Position numbers and translations under genes: made by a program. From Telmatocola sphagniphila (lineage in GTDB: Bacteria > Planctomycetota > Planctomycetia > Gemmatales > Gemmataceae): a stretch of DNA of 32,000 bases. How positions within the stretch are numbered: position 1 is the first letter of the stretch; every line of letters starts with the position of its first letter. The notes under the pieces were generated by a model. The model did not search any database, was not told the DNA's origin, and saw only the letters and a program-made list of their open reading frames with translations. Shown here one piece after another: positions 15,416 through 25,064 of this stretch. The stretch spans positions 4,770,001 through 4,802,000 of the forward strand of contig NZ_CP074694.1 of NCBI RefSeq assembly GCF_018398935.1, written 5' to 3'.

Positions 15416-17245
15416 ATGATTCACAAATGGACCAGGACGGCTGCGGTGGCAACCTGCCTCGGCGTCGGGCTCGTCGGCTGGGCAACGTTCAGCAAAGCAC
15501 AACCCCCCAGCACTTCGGAACCCACACTGCCCGCGATTCCGGTATTACCCAAGCAAAATTTAACGATTCCCACGAGCGGATTGCCCAAGGCACCCCCCTC
15601 GCTGCAGGTACCCGAACCCGATGTGACCCTGCCGAGTATCAGCCCTTCAACGCCACAGACCAAACCGGCTGATCCGACCCTCAAGCCGTTGACCATCGAG
15701 CCGATTACCGATCCGCGCGATGCCAAGAAGCCGGAACCGGCCAAAACCTTGATGGTTACGCCCACCACTCCCGCCGCCATCAAGCCGATCGAACCGAGTC
15801 CGCTGAAGGAAGATCCCATCGAGCTGAAGCCGACCCCGAGCATGACTCTGGGAAGTCCGGCCCCGATGAGCATGGGTGTCATCAGCAAGCAGGATCCTTC
15901 CATCGCACTCGAATGGACTGGCAATCAGGCCGTGAAATTGGGCCAGCCGACCGATTACGTTCTGCATGTGAAAAACACTTGTCCCAGCGCCTTGCAAAAG
16001 GTCGTAGTCCAGGTTCGTCTGCCCAAGGAAGTCACTGTGGGCGGCGTGGAACCGAAGCCGGAAATGATCGAAGGCGTGATGCTCTGGGAACTGGGTACCG
16101 TGATGCCCAAGCAGGATAAACAGCTTCGCATCAAGATGACCACTCTGACCAAGGGCGATCTGAATTGCCAGGCCTGGGTGACGTTCACCGGCTCCTCGAC
16201 CATGAAATTAATGGTCCGGGAACCGAAACTGGCCGTGAAAGCCTCAGCGCCCGAAAAAGTGCTGATGGGCGACCCCGCCAATATCACGCTGACAATCAGC
16301 AACCCCGGTGACTCCACCACCGACTCGGTGAAGTTGGTCGCCACCCTGGGCGAAGGTCTGGAAGGCGTTCGCGGCAACAAGATGATGCAGGAGATCGGCA
16401 GCCTGGCCGCTGGTGAAACCCGTACTATTCAGCTGCCCTGCGTCAGCAAGGCGGGCGGCATGCAGAAATGCGAAATTTACGTCGAAGGTGAAGGCGGCCT
16501 GAAGGCCGTCGATACCGTGGCCGTGAATGTCGTCACGCCGCAATTGAATCTCGAAGTGCTCGGGCCGAAACTGCGTTATCTGGATAAGAAGGCCGTTTAC
16601 ACCTTGAAGGTCACCAACCCGGGCGATGCCCCGGCCAACAATGTCTTCGTGACCGATATCGTTCCGGCTGGCTTCAAGTTCCTGCAGGCCGATGCGGGTG
16701 GACAACACGACGCCGGCTCGGGCGCTGTGAAGTGGTTCATCGGAGAAATCGCTCCCGGTCAGAGCAAGGAAGTCCGCGTTGAACTGATGGCAGTCAACCA
16801 GGGCGAACACCTGCACAAAGTGGTGGCCACCGGCAGCCGCGGCGTGAAGACCGAAAAGGAAATGGCCACCAAGGTCGAAGGACTTTCCGCCATCGCTATG
16901 GAAGTGACCGAAACCGAAAACCCGGTCGAAGTCGGCCACGACACGACTTTTGAAATTCGCATTTCCAACAGTGGCTCCAAGGCGGAAGAAGCCGTGAAGC
17001 TGGTCTGCACGATTCCCGCTCAGATGAAGCTGAAGGGCGTCAACGCCCCGGTGAAGTACGATTCCGTAGGTAACGAACTGGTGTTCGAACCGCTCAGCAA
17101 GCTGAATCCCAAGGGCGATGTGGTGTTCAAAGTGACTTGCACCGCAACCGCCAAGGGCGATGCCCGCTTCAAGGCCGCTATCAGCGCGGCAAGCATGGTG
17201 GAACCCCTGATCAAGCAGGAATCGACCAAGATTTACGAAGACTAA
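15416..17245 (+). CDS. Secreted DUF11 conserved-repeat-domain protein with a Pro-rich N-terminal linker and about 5 Ig-like repeats
   Basis: The ORF track gives 15335..17245. I prefer ATG 15416, which has GGAGG 7 nt upstream and gives the signal peptide MIHKWTRTAAVATCLGVGLVGWATFSKAQ. Repeated modules of the type Y.L.V.N.G...A..V.V...LP.G.. occur (VLHVKNTCPSA, TLTISNPGDSTT, TLKVTNPGDAPANNVFVTDIVPAGFKF, FEIRISNSGSKAEE). Confidence 0.88.
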   Translation: MIHKWTRTAAVATCLGVGLVGWATFSKAQPPSTSEPTLPAIPVLPKQNLTIPTSGLPKAPPSLQVPEPDVTLPSISPSTPQTKPADPTLKPLTIEPITDPRDAKKPEPAKTLMVTPTTPAAIKPIEPSPLKEDPIELKPTPSMTLGSPAPMSMGVISKQDPSIALEWTGNQAVKLGQPTDYVLHVKNTCPSALQKVVVQVRLPKEVTVGGVEPKPEMIEGVMLWELGTVMPKQDKQLRIKMTTLTKGDLNCQAWVTFTGSSTMKLMVREPKLAVKASAPEKVLMGDPANITLTISNPGDSTTDSVKLVATLGEGLEGVRGNKMMQEIGSLAAGETRTIQLPCVSKAGGMQKCEIYVEGEGGLKAVDTVAVNVVTPQLNLEVLGPKLRYLDKKAVYTLKVTNPGDAPANNVFVTDIVPAGFKFLQADAGGQHDAGSGAVKWFIGEIAPGQSKEVRVELMAVNQGEHLHKVVATGSRGVKTEKEMATKVEGLSAIAMEVTETENPVEVGHDTTFEIRISNSGSKAEEAVKLVCTIPAQMKLKGVNAPVKYDSVGNELVFEPLSKLNPKGDVVFKVTCTATAKGDARFKAAISAASMVEPLIKQESTKIYED

Positions 17246-17270
17246 TTCTTCAACCAGAATTTTATCTCCT

Positions 17271-17299
17271 AAACCCGGGTCGATTGACCCGGGTTTTTT
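17271..17299 (+). terminator. Rho-independent terminator
   Basis: A perfect 11-bp stem AAACCCGGGTC / GACCCGGGTTT with loop GATT runs into a T tract. It begins 26 nt after the stop codon. Confidence 0.85.
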
Positions 17300-17370
17300 C
17301 GTTGATGCAACTTCTTCTGTAGTTGTCTTCCCTAATACTCGGAGTCCCATTTTTCGCGTAGAGTGCTGCT

Positions 17371-19875
17371 ATGCGCCCGAACCCTACACCACCTCTCTAC
17401 TACGCTCCGCTGGTGCCGGTCGCGGCGGCCTTTACGCTCGGTATTTTGTTCGATCGATATTTGGTCGTTGCCCTGAAAAGCTGGCTGGTAATGGCCACCC
17501 TGATGCTACTCGGGGCGAGTTTGGCAAGTCGCCGAAAACAACCGATCATCCCCTGGCTGCTTCTGGCTTTCACCGCTCTGGGTGGGGCACACCACAACCA
17601 GCAGTGCCAGTATGTCGCGCCGGGCAACGTCGCACGCATTCTCACAGAAAAACCGATGCTGGTTCGGGCTCGCGGAATGCTCTGCGAAGACTGGACGGTG
17701 CGTCCCAAAACTCGCGAGAACCCTCTGGTTTCCCAGCCGCGCACGGAAAGCAGTCTGGCCGTTCTGGAACTGCACGCTCTGCAAAAAGAAGGGGACTGGA
17801 TACCGCACGATGGGAAAGTTCGGCTGACTGTGCCGGGCCGGCTCGAGGAGATCCGCGTCGGCGACGAAGTGGAATTACTGGGCTGGATGAATCTCCCGGT
17901 CACTCCCGCGAATCCCGGAGAATGGGATTACTCGCGCTGGTTGCGCGACCAGGGTATCTCCGCCGAGATGCATATCCGCAAGGCCCAGGATCTGATTACC
18001 CGACTCAACCCGGGCGGATTCTCCTTCGACCGCCTCCTGGCCCGCATTCGCCATTACGGACAGGAGGTTTTGCAGCATCGCATCGGCGAGAATGAATACG
18101 GCCTCTCCGCCGCTTTATTACTCGGACAGAATAATGCTCTGCCCGCGGCGGACTGGGATCATTATGTGCGCACCGGCGTCATTCACGTGCTGGCGATTTC
18201 GGGTCAGCATCTGGTGATCCTGGGAATATTTATTCGCTTCCTCCTCCGGCTGGCACGGCTGGACTATCGCCGGGCGGCATTGATTGTGGCTCTGCTGCTT
18301 TTTATCTACGCGATGGTGACCGGCGGTCGACCCTCGGCCATGCGGGCGGCGGCCATGGTGATGATGGGCTGCCTGGGAATCTTGCTCGGCAAACGGGTTT
18401 TCCCGGCCAATACTTTTGCGTTGGCCTGGATCGTCGTCCTGATACTCAATCCCGGCGATCTGTTCAATTCCGGCTTTCAACTATCTTTCCTGGCGGTGGC
18501 CGTATTGATTTGGGGAATTCCTTACTGGTCCCCGACGCCCGCAATCGATCCGCTGCAACAGCTGATTGAAGAGAGCGAACCAAGACTGCTACGCTTCAGC
18601 AGATTTCTCTTTCGCGAAATGCGACTCGCTTATAAGACGACTTTATACATTAGCGTCTCCTTAATACCATTGATTATCTATTGGCAAAATCTTATATCCC
18701 TATCGGGTTTATTGATTGGCCCGCCCGTCATCCTGCTTTCAACCATCGCCCTATTAGCCGGCTTTGGTTTATTGTTCGACAACCTGCTGGGAGGTTTGTT
18801 CAGTGGCATTTGTACTTTCCTGCTGAAATGGAGTCTCGCGCTGGCCAACGACCTGGTCCTGTTCGCTGATAAGCTTACCTGGGGCTGCTGGTATACCGGG
18901 CCATTACCCATCGGCTGCGTTATCCTCTTTTACACACTTCTGGTCGGGTGGCTGATCTGGTTGCAGTGGCGCAATTTCCCCCTGCCGCGAATATTTGCGC
19001 AATTAAAATCGGGTCACTTTCTCAAAACCCTGCTGGTGACGATGGCGATCGGTTTTCTCTGGCCACAGCGCGATTTTGAAAAAGATGAACTTCGCATCGA
19101 GTTTATCTCGGTGGGTCATGGCGGCTGCACATTGGTAGAGTTGCCCGATGGCCGAACCCTCCTGTACGATACCGGTTCGCTGGCCGGGCCCGATATTGTT
19201 CAACGGCATGTGGCACCGTTTCTCTGGTCGCGCGGCATCCGGCGCATTGATGAAGTGATTCTCAGCCATGCCGATCTGGATCATTTCAACGGACTGCCCG
19301 CCTTGCTCGACCGCTTTGCCATCGGGCAGATTACCACAACGCCGAGTTTCGCCGACAAGAACGCGCCGGGCGTCAAAGAAGTCTTGAGAGTACTGGAAAC
19401 GCGTGGCATGAATTTGCGTGCGATCCATCGGCCGATGACCTGGAAATCGGGTGATGTCAGCTTCCAGGTGTTGCACCCACCGGCTGAGGGCCCTCCCGGC
19501 ATCGAAAATGTCCGCAGTCTCGTCTTGCTGCTGGAACATCAGGGGCATCATTTTTTATTCACCGGTGATATCGAAAAAGTCGGCCTGGATCAGGTTCTAT
19601 CGCAACCGATCTCCCCGATCGATGTGCTGATGTCGCCGCACCACGGCAGCGTCACGGCCAATCCCACCAAGTTGTTCGACTGGGCAAAACCGAAACTCGT
19701 CGTCGTGAATAATTCCGAAAGCGGATTTAGCAGTAAAATGAAGAATGATCGGGAGATACTGACCTGGTCGACCGGCACGGCCGGGTTGATCACCATTCGC
19801 AGCCATCGCAGCGGAGTGGTGGCCGAGACCTTTCGCACGGGGGAGCGCCGAGTGATTGCGAGTGGTAGCCCATGA
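17371..19875 (+). CDS. comEC: ComEC/Rec2-family DNA internalisation protein (DUF4131, competence channel and metallo-beta-lactamase domains)
   Basis: 834 aa. The polytopic core contains TGVIHVLAISGQHL. The C-terminal MBL domain has ISVGHGGC and LSHADLDHFNG. The overall architecture is typical of ComEC. Confidence 0.92.
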   Translation: MRPNPTPPLYYAPLVPVAAAFTLGILFDRYLVVALKSWLVMATLMLLGASLASRRKQPIIPWLLLAFTALGGAHHNQQCQYVAPGNVARILTEKPMLVRARGMLCEDWTVRPKTRENPLVSQPRTESSLAVLELHALQKEGDWIPHDGKVRLTVPGRLEEIRVGDEVELLGWMNLPVTPANPGEWDYSRWLRDQGISAEMHIRKAQDLITRLNPGGFSFDRLLARIRHYGQEVLQHRIGENEYGLSAALLLGQNNALPAADWDHYVRTGVIHVLAISGQHLVILGIFIRFLLRLARLDYRRAALIVALLLFIYAMVTGGRPSAMRAAAMVMMGCLGILLGKRVFPANTFALAWIVVLILNPGDLFNSGFQLSFLAVAVLIWGIPYWSPTPAIDPLQQLIEESEPRLLRFSRFLFREMRLAYKTTLYISVSLIPLIIYWQNLISLSGLLIGPPVILLSTIALLAGFGLLFDNLLGGLFSGICTFLLKWSLALANDLVLFADKLTWGCWYTGPLPIGCVILFYTLLVGWLIWLQWRNFPLPRIFAQLKSGHFLKTLLVTMAIGFLWPQRDFEKDELRIEFISVGHGGCTLVELPDGRTLLYDTGSLAGPDIVQRHVAPFLWSRGIRRIDEVILSHADLDHFNGLPALLDRFAIGQITTTPSFADKNAPGVKEVLRVLETRGMNLRAIHRPMTWKSGDVSFQVLHPPAEGPPGIENVRSLVLLLEHQGHHFLFTGDIEKVGLDQVLSQPISPIDVLMSPHHGSVTANPTKLFDWAKPKLVVVNNSESGFSSKMKNDREILTWSTGTAGLITIRSHRSGVVAETFRTGERRVIASGSP

Positions 19876-21050
19876 CGCACGATCAAACACCCGCACTACT
19901 GGGGGGGCAACCAACTCGACCCGAGGGCCCTCCCCCCTGGCCGGTGGCTGATGTGGCGATTCAGGAGTCGCTTCAGAAAGCCTTCGCCGCCAATACCTGG
20001 GGACTCTACCACGGCCCGCATGTCGAAGAGTTGCAGATCCGCTGCCGGAAGATCATTGATCAGCCGAATTTCGCATTGGCTAGTGGAACTTTAGCTTTGG
20101 AAATCGCCCTGAAGTCCCTCAACATCGGGCCAGGCGATGAAATCATTCTGGCCGCCTACGAATACGAACCGACTTTTCTGACAATCCATGCCCTCGGTGC
20201 AACTCCCGTTCTTGTCGATATTCAACAAGATAATCCCACACTGAATCCGAAGCAGGTCGCCCAGGCCATCGGAGAAAAAACCAGAGTGATCCTCGCTTCC
20301 CATATGCACGGCGGAGTCGCTGACATTTCGCTACTGCAAAAGGTCATTACCGATTCGAAAAGGGAAATCGCCCTTGTCCAGGATCTATCGCAGATGCCCG
20401 GCTTGGACCCGGTTCCCGACAGTGACTTCAGCATTCTGAGTTTCGGTGGATCCAAGCCCCTTTCGGCCGGCCGCGGCGGCATGCTCTTTTGCGGCGACAC
20501 TGCCCGTTGTCAGAAAGCAAAACTTCAGCTCTACCGGGCCGGGCATCAATGGGGAACATTATCGGAATTGCAAGCCTGTGTGTTATTGCCGCAGTTGGAA
20601 CAGTTGAAACCCCACGCCCAGCAGCGCCGGGATGCCTTTCAAAGACTCAATAGTCTGCTACGCGAAGTCCCGGGCCTGCGGCCAATTCCCACCCCGGAAA
20701 AGCCGCCGCTGGCCGACTACTATAAGGTGGGATTCTTTTTCGAAAGTGATGCATTCGGGCTCTCGCGTGAAATTTTCGTGAGGGCTTTACGAGCGGAAGG
20801 CATCGCCTTCAGCCCCGGTTTTCGGGCATTGCATCGGGGTCGGGCGGCCAACCGTTTCCGGAAAATCGGCTCCCTATCTCACGCTGACCTGGCGAGCGAG
20901 CACTTGATTACGCTCCATCATCCTGTCTTACTCGCCGGGGATTCCGCGTTGGAACAGGTTGCATCCGCCGTCTGGAAAACGTATCGTAACGCGGAACGGA
21001 TTCGGGAGGCAGCGCTGCCTACCCAGGCTCAGTTACGGTTCGACGATTAA
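19872..21050 (+). CDS. DegT/DnrJ/EryC1/StrS-family PLP-dependent aminotransferase
   Basis: 392 aa. N-terminus PALLGGQP. The block LASGTLALEIALKSLNIGPGDEIILAAYEY is present. The putative PLP lysine lies in SFGGSKPLSAGRGGMLF. ATGA overlap with the comEC stop. Confidence 0.85.
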   Translation: MTHDQTPALLGGQPTRPEGPPPWPVADVAIQESLQKAFAANTWGLYHGPHVEELQIRCRKIIDQPNFALASGTLALEIALKSLNIGPGDEIILAAYEYEPTFLTIHALGATPVLVDIQQDNPTLNPKQVAQAIGEKTRVILASHMHGGVADISLLQKVITDSKREIALVQDLSQMPGLDPVPDSDFSILSFGGSKPLSAGRGGMLFCGDTARCQKAKLQLYRAGHQWGTLSELQACVLLPQLEQLKPHAQQRRDAFQRLNSLLREVPGLRPIPTPEKPPLADYYKVGFFFESDAFGLSREIFVRALRAEGIAFSPGFRALHRGRAANRFRKIGSLSHADLASEHLITLHHPVLLAGDSALEQVASAVWKTYRNAERIREAALPTQAQLRFDD

Positions 21051-21060
21051 CTCTTACAGG

Positions 21061-22677
21061 ATGAACTTCATGAACCGGTTACGTTTTGCCTTTCTCGGCT
21101 TCTTACTTCTGACGATAACGCAGCTGGCCCCGGCCGCCGATACCCCCGCGAAAGGCAATTGGAAGCTCTCGCTTCCTATACCGACGCAACAAGGGGAAAT
21201 GATCCTCAACATGCTGGTCTCCTTCTCCGAAGCCAAGGGTAAGTGGGTAGGCGATGTTCTCGATATGTCTCCCCAATTGAAATTGGAACCGTCGATCTCC
21301 GCGGTCACCGTCAAAGACGACCTGCTTCAATTCGACATGCTGTTCGGATCTCAGACCCTCTCGTTCGATGGCAAGTTCACCAAGGATGGCAAGAAATTGC
21401 GCGGCAGCTTGATCTTTGGGGGAAATACTCTTTTGATGGATCTCTATCCCTCCAAGCTGAAAAATCTGAAAGACGAATTTGCCCTGGCTCGCGAAGTTCT
21501 GGAGCAGCAGGATGGCCAGGCTTATCTCAACAGCCTGCTTCCGGTGTTGAAAATGGCCGGCAAAAAAAGCCTGAAAGTTGAAGAAGTTCGCGGCTACACG
21601 GACCGCGCGATGAAAGAAACCGAAGTTTATGGCAATCGCTTCCAGCGAACCACCGCGTTGACCATCGCCGGGGCTCTGGCCGATCAGGAACCTTACGCCG
21701 CGATCGCTCTGGAGCAGGCCCGCCAGGCCGAGCGAATGCTGGCCGATAGCGACGATGCCAGCACTCAGATGAGCGTTCTGGAGGGCCTGCGAAACGTTCT
21801 GGTGAAGACGAAAAAACTGGATGAAGCCAAGAAGGTCGAGCTTCAGCTTGTGAAAGCCGAAGCTCGCGATTACGCCGAGTATTCCAAGAAGATGTCGTTC
21901 CAGGCCGAAGCCTACGCCGGCCGAAAAGCCAAGAGCGACCGCGTTGTGCTGGTCGAGATGTTTACCGGAGCGGAATGCCCCCCTTGCGTGGCAGCCGATC
22001 TCGCTTTCGAAGCTCTGGACAAATCGTACAAACCGACCGAAGTCGTTCTGATGCAGTATCACCTGCATGTGCCCGGCCCTGATCCGATGACGATGAAAGA
22101 TTGCGAAACCCGGGCCGGCTTCTACGAAGTGAAAGGCACACCTTCGATCTATTTTGAAGGGAAATCGGGCGTCAGTGGGGGAGGCCCAGCCGCGGCCGCT
22201 AAAGCCAAAAACAAGAGTTTTCGCGAGACCATCGACGAAGAACTCGAAAAACCGGCCGGTGCGAAACTCCAACTGACCGCTACCCGAAAGGGCAGTGAGA
22301 TCAACCTGACCGCCAAAGTCGAAGACCTGAAGAAACCGGCTGCCAAAACCATGCTGCGGTTCGCCATCACCGAAGATCGCGTCCGCTACGCGGGCGGCAA
22401 CGGAATTCGCTATCACCACGCCGTGGTGCGGGCTTTCCCAGGGGGGGCCAACGGCTTCCCCCTACCCAAGGCGACTGGCGAACAGAGCGTGAAATTGAAC
22501 CTCGACGAACTGCGGGCCAGCTTGAACAAACAACTGGATGAAGTGGTGAAAGAAAACAAAGAGGAATTTTCCGAGCGGCCGATGAGTCTTAAGAATCTGA
22601 AAGCCATCGCCTTCATTCAGGACGATACCAACAACGAAATCCTGCAGGCCATTCAGGTGGATCTGGAAGATAAGTAA
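21061..22677 (+). CDS. Secreted protein with a C-terminal thioredoxin-like region carrying a CPPC motif, hypothetical
   Basis: The ORF track gives 20959..22677. I prefer ATG 21061, which gives the signal peptide MNFMNRLRFAFLGFLLLTITQLAPAAD. VVLVEMFTGAECPPCVAADLAFE...VVLMQYHLH resembles thioredoxin-fold / DUF1223-like proteins. Confidence 0.8.
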   Translation: MNFMNRLRFAFLGFLLLTITQLAPAADTPAKGNWKLSLPIPTQQGEMILNMLVSFSEAKGKWVGDVLDMSPQLKLEPSISAVTVKDDLLQFDMLFGSQTLSFDGKFTKDGKKLRGSLIFGGNTLLMDLYPSKLKNLKDEFALAREVLEQQDGQAYLNSLLPVLKMAGKKSLKVEEVRGYTDRAMKETEVYGNRFQRTTALTIAGALADQEPYAAIALEQARQAERMLADSDDASTQMSVLEGLRNVLVKTKKLDEAKKVELQLVKAEARDYAEYSKKMSFQAEAYAGRKAKSDRVVLVEMFTGAECPPCVAADLAFEALDKSYKPTEVVLMQYHLHVPGPDPMTMKDCETRAGFYEVKGTPSIYFEGKSGVSGGGPAAAAKAKNKSFRETIDEELEKPAGAKLQLTATRKGSEINLTAKVEDLKKPAAKTMLRFAITEDRVRYAGGNGIRYHHAVVRAFPGGANGFPLPKATGEQSVKLNLDELRASLNKQLDEVVKENKEEFSERPMSLKNLKAIAFIQDDTNNEILQAIQVDLEDK

Positions 22678-22845
22678 TCCCGCCTAATCGCCCTCCTTCA
22701 AAGCTTCGTTGGGGAAATGCCCACTTCCCAATGGAAAAAACTATCGCAGCCATAGCCAAAAGCTATTGGTGCTGCGCTGCCCTGTTCGAATATAAATATC
22801 ATCACCCCGAAATTTCACTTTCGCACTTATCGTTGAGGACCGCGT

Positions 22846-24324
22846 ATGAAGTCTCTCCCGTTTAAACGTCTTTTTGCCACACTCGGCTCATTGGGTTTAG
22901 TAGTCGGGCTGACTGTTACCCTCTCTCAGATTCGGGCGGCCGAAGAGAACAATTACGATTACCTGCTCCCCGACATCACCAAAATGAAGCCGCTGGAAGA
23001 TCAGATTCCGGTCAGCTTCGTTTCCCGGAGCTCGAATCGCGCCGAATGGGAGAAACTACCCGGCTACTGGAATGAAGTTCCCGGCGCGAATGGTAAAAAA
23101 GTCGTCAAAATCAAGCTACCTCTGGGCATCAACCTGCTGCCGCCGGTGCCGATCGAAAATCCGATCACGGTGGCCAAGTGGAAACTGGGCAAGGAAGTCT
23201 TCTTCGACAAAGTGATCTCCAGCGACAATTCCGTCTCCTGCTCCAGCTGTCACGAGCCGAGCAAAGGCTACAGCGACATGCGCAAGACCAGCCTGGGCAT
23301 CGCCGGTAACATCGGCGGCATGAACGCTCCCACCGTCTTTAATTCGGTCTACAACCGCTTCATGTTCTGGGATGGCCGCATGGACACCCTGGAAGCTCAG
23401 GCGCACGGCCCTATCGGCAATCCTTCCGAGATGTTCGACGGCAAAGGCAAAGCGCTTCACGAAGCCGTGAAGCGAATTCGATTGAAAGGTGATTACAGCA
23501 AACGATTCGAAGAAGTGTTCGGCGCGCTGCCGACCGTCGATTCGATTGCCAAGGCCATTGCGACCTATGAAAGATTGGTCATCATCGGCAATTCGCTGGT
23601 TGACCGCGCGGAAGTGGCCATGCGAGCCCGCGTCGAAGAAGAAGAAGGCAACAAGTTCGAAGTGAACGCCAAGGACTACGAAAAGGTTCTGAAAGAGGCC
23701 GTGGCCAAGAAAGATACAAACTCTCTGGAAGCGATCGGCTTCGATCCGGCCAAGGACGTGGCTAAGATTCCCCAGATCGCCGCCAGCATCAACAACGGCC
23801 GGGTCCTGTTCTTCAACAAGGCCCGCTGCAACTCCTGCCATGTCGGTGAGAACTTCACGGACTACACCTTCCACAACCTGGGCGTTGGCGCCAAGAACGG
23901 CAAGCTGCTCGAAGGCCAGGAAGGTCGCATCAACAGCCAGCCGACCGGCCATAAAGATCCCAGCATGATGGGGGCTTTCAAGACTCCGCCGTTGCGCGGA
24001 CTGACCAAGAGCCGGCCTTATCTGCACGACGGTTCGGAAGCGACTTTGGAAGCCGTGATCGATTTCTACGATCGCGGCGGCAACGTCAATGAATTCCTCG
24101 ATTCGAAGATGCGCGACACCCAGGCCGAGCAGGCCTACCTCGATGCGGCCAAGTCGGGCAAGCCTTACACCGGTCCGAAGCCGGAGTTGATCACCAAATC
24201 GGGTCTGCCGATTATTCCCTTCAAGCTCAATTTGACCCCCCAGGAGAAAGCCGATCTCGTACTCTATCTGAAAGCCCTGGAGGGAGAGGCACTCGATCCG
24301 ATAGTGGCCGATCCCGCGAAATAA
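22846..24324 (+). CDS. Di-haem cytochrome c peroxidase (CCP/MauG family)
   Basis: 492 aa with a signal peptide. Two CxxCH haem sites (CSSCHEP and CNSCHVG). Also FWDGR and the conserved ..FKTPPLRGL...PYLHDGS.. block. Confidence 0.92.
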   Translation: MKSLPFKRLFATLGSLGLVVGLTVTLSQIRAAEENNYDYLLPDITKMKPLEDQIPVSFVSRSSNRAEWEKLPGYWNEVPGANGKKVVKIKLPLGINLLPPVPIENPITVAKWKLGKEVFFDKVISSDNSVSCSSCHEPSKGYSDMRKTSLGIAGNIGGMNAPTVFNSVYNRFMFWDGRMDTLEAQAHGPIGNPSEMFDGKGKALHEAVKRIRLKGDYSKRFEEVFGALPTVDSIAKAIATYERLVIIGNSLVDRAEVAMRARVEEEEGNKFEVNAKDYEKVLKEAVAKKDTNSLEAIGFDPAKDVAKIPQIAASINNGRVLFFNKARCNSCHVGENFTDYTFHNLGVGAKNGKLLEGQEGRINSQPTGHKDPSMMGAFKTPPLRGLTKSRPYLHDGSEATLEAVIDFYDRGGNVNEFLDSKMRDTQAEQAYLDAAKSGKPYTGPKPELITKSGLPIIPFKLNLTPQEKADLVLYLKALEGEALDPIVADPAK

Positions 24325-24337
24325 GCGTGGAGCAGGA

Positions 24338-25039
24338 ATGACAACCCCCGAGACTGCCTGGCCCGTTCTGTCTCTGTTGGAACGCCGGGTGTTAGGCGTT
24401 CTGGTCGAAAAGGCCAAAACCACACCCGACGTTTATCCGATGAGTCTCAATTCCCTGGTCAACGGTTGCAACCAGAAAAGCAACCGCGACCCGGTGATGA
24501 ATCTTCAGGAAGATCAAATCGAAGAAACCCTGGAGGTGCTCTGCCGGCAGGGTTTGACGATGCGAGTCATAGGCGGCCGGGTCGACCGCTGGCGGCAACA
24601 ACTCTACGAAGCCTGGACCGTCACCAAACTCGAACTGGCTATTTTGGCCGAGCTGCTTTTGCGCGGCCCGCAGACGGAAGCGGAGCTGCGTCGCAATTCC
24701 GATCGCATGGAACCGTTTCCGGATATGGAAACTTTCAAAACGGTTCTTAAACCCTTGCTGGATCGCAAATTAGTGATTTACCTCGGCCCGGAAAATCGTC
24801 GGGGCACCCTGTTAACCCACGGTTTTCACGACCCGCGCGAACTGGAGAAGCTGGCCGATCACGGGAGTTCTTCCGCCCGAAACGAAGATTTTTCCGCAAC
24901 GGAAAAAGTGTCTCTTCCTCCTCGGCACGAGATGGAAGCCTCGCTGGTGGAGCTCAAAGCGGACATCGTTTCCTTGAAGGAACAGATGGAAGTTCTGAAG
25001 CAGCAACTGGCCGCGCTGAAGCAATCTCTCGGCGGGTGA
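24338..25039 (+). CDS. DUF480 (YceH-family) protein
   Basis: 233 aa. LSLLERRVLGVLVEKAKTTPDVYPMSLNSLVNGCNQKSNRDPVM is the characteristic YceH/DUF480 N-terminus. A C-terminal coiled coil is present. Confidence 0.88.
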   Translation: MTTPETAWPVLSLLERRVLGVLVEKAKTTPDVYPMSLNSLVNGCNQKSNRDPVMNLQEDQIEETLEVLCRQGLTMRVIGGRVDRWRQQLYEAWTVTKLELAILAELLLRGPQTEAELRRNSDRMEPFPDMETFKTVLKPLLDRKLVIYLGPENRRGTLLTHGFHDPRELEKLADHGSSSARNEDFSATEKVSLPPRHEMEASLVELKADIVSLKEQMEVLKQQLAALKQSLGG

Positions 25040-25064
25040 AAGCCCGCGATCATACAATATCCCC

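Noticed and set aside
16244-17350. 368-aa minus-strand ORF antisense to the DUF11 gene
   Set aside because: It lies entirely inside a well-supported plus-strand CDS. Its composition is low-complexity and Gly/His/Asp-rich, as is typical of shadow ORFs in GC-biased coding DNA. No motifs were seen.
20959-21060. N-terminal extension of the CPPC protein, and similarly 12767-12805, 15335-15415 and 25724-25822 for their genes
   Set aside because: The extensions overlap upstream genes or lack RBS support. The internal ATGs produce canonical signal peptides or family N-termini and have better Shine-Dalgarno spacing.
21103-22419. 438-aa minus-strand ORF antisense to 21061..22677
   Set aside because: This is a shadow ORF. 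The plus-strand frame has a signal peptide and a Trx-like CPPC region. The antisense product is featureless.
23116-24423. 435-aa minus-strand ORF antisense to the cytochrome c peroxidase gene
   Set aside because: The plus-strand frame carries two CxxCH haem motifs and conserved CCP blocks. The antisense ORF is a shadow.
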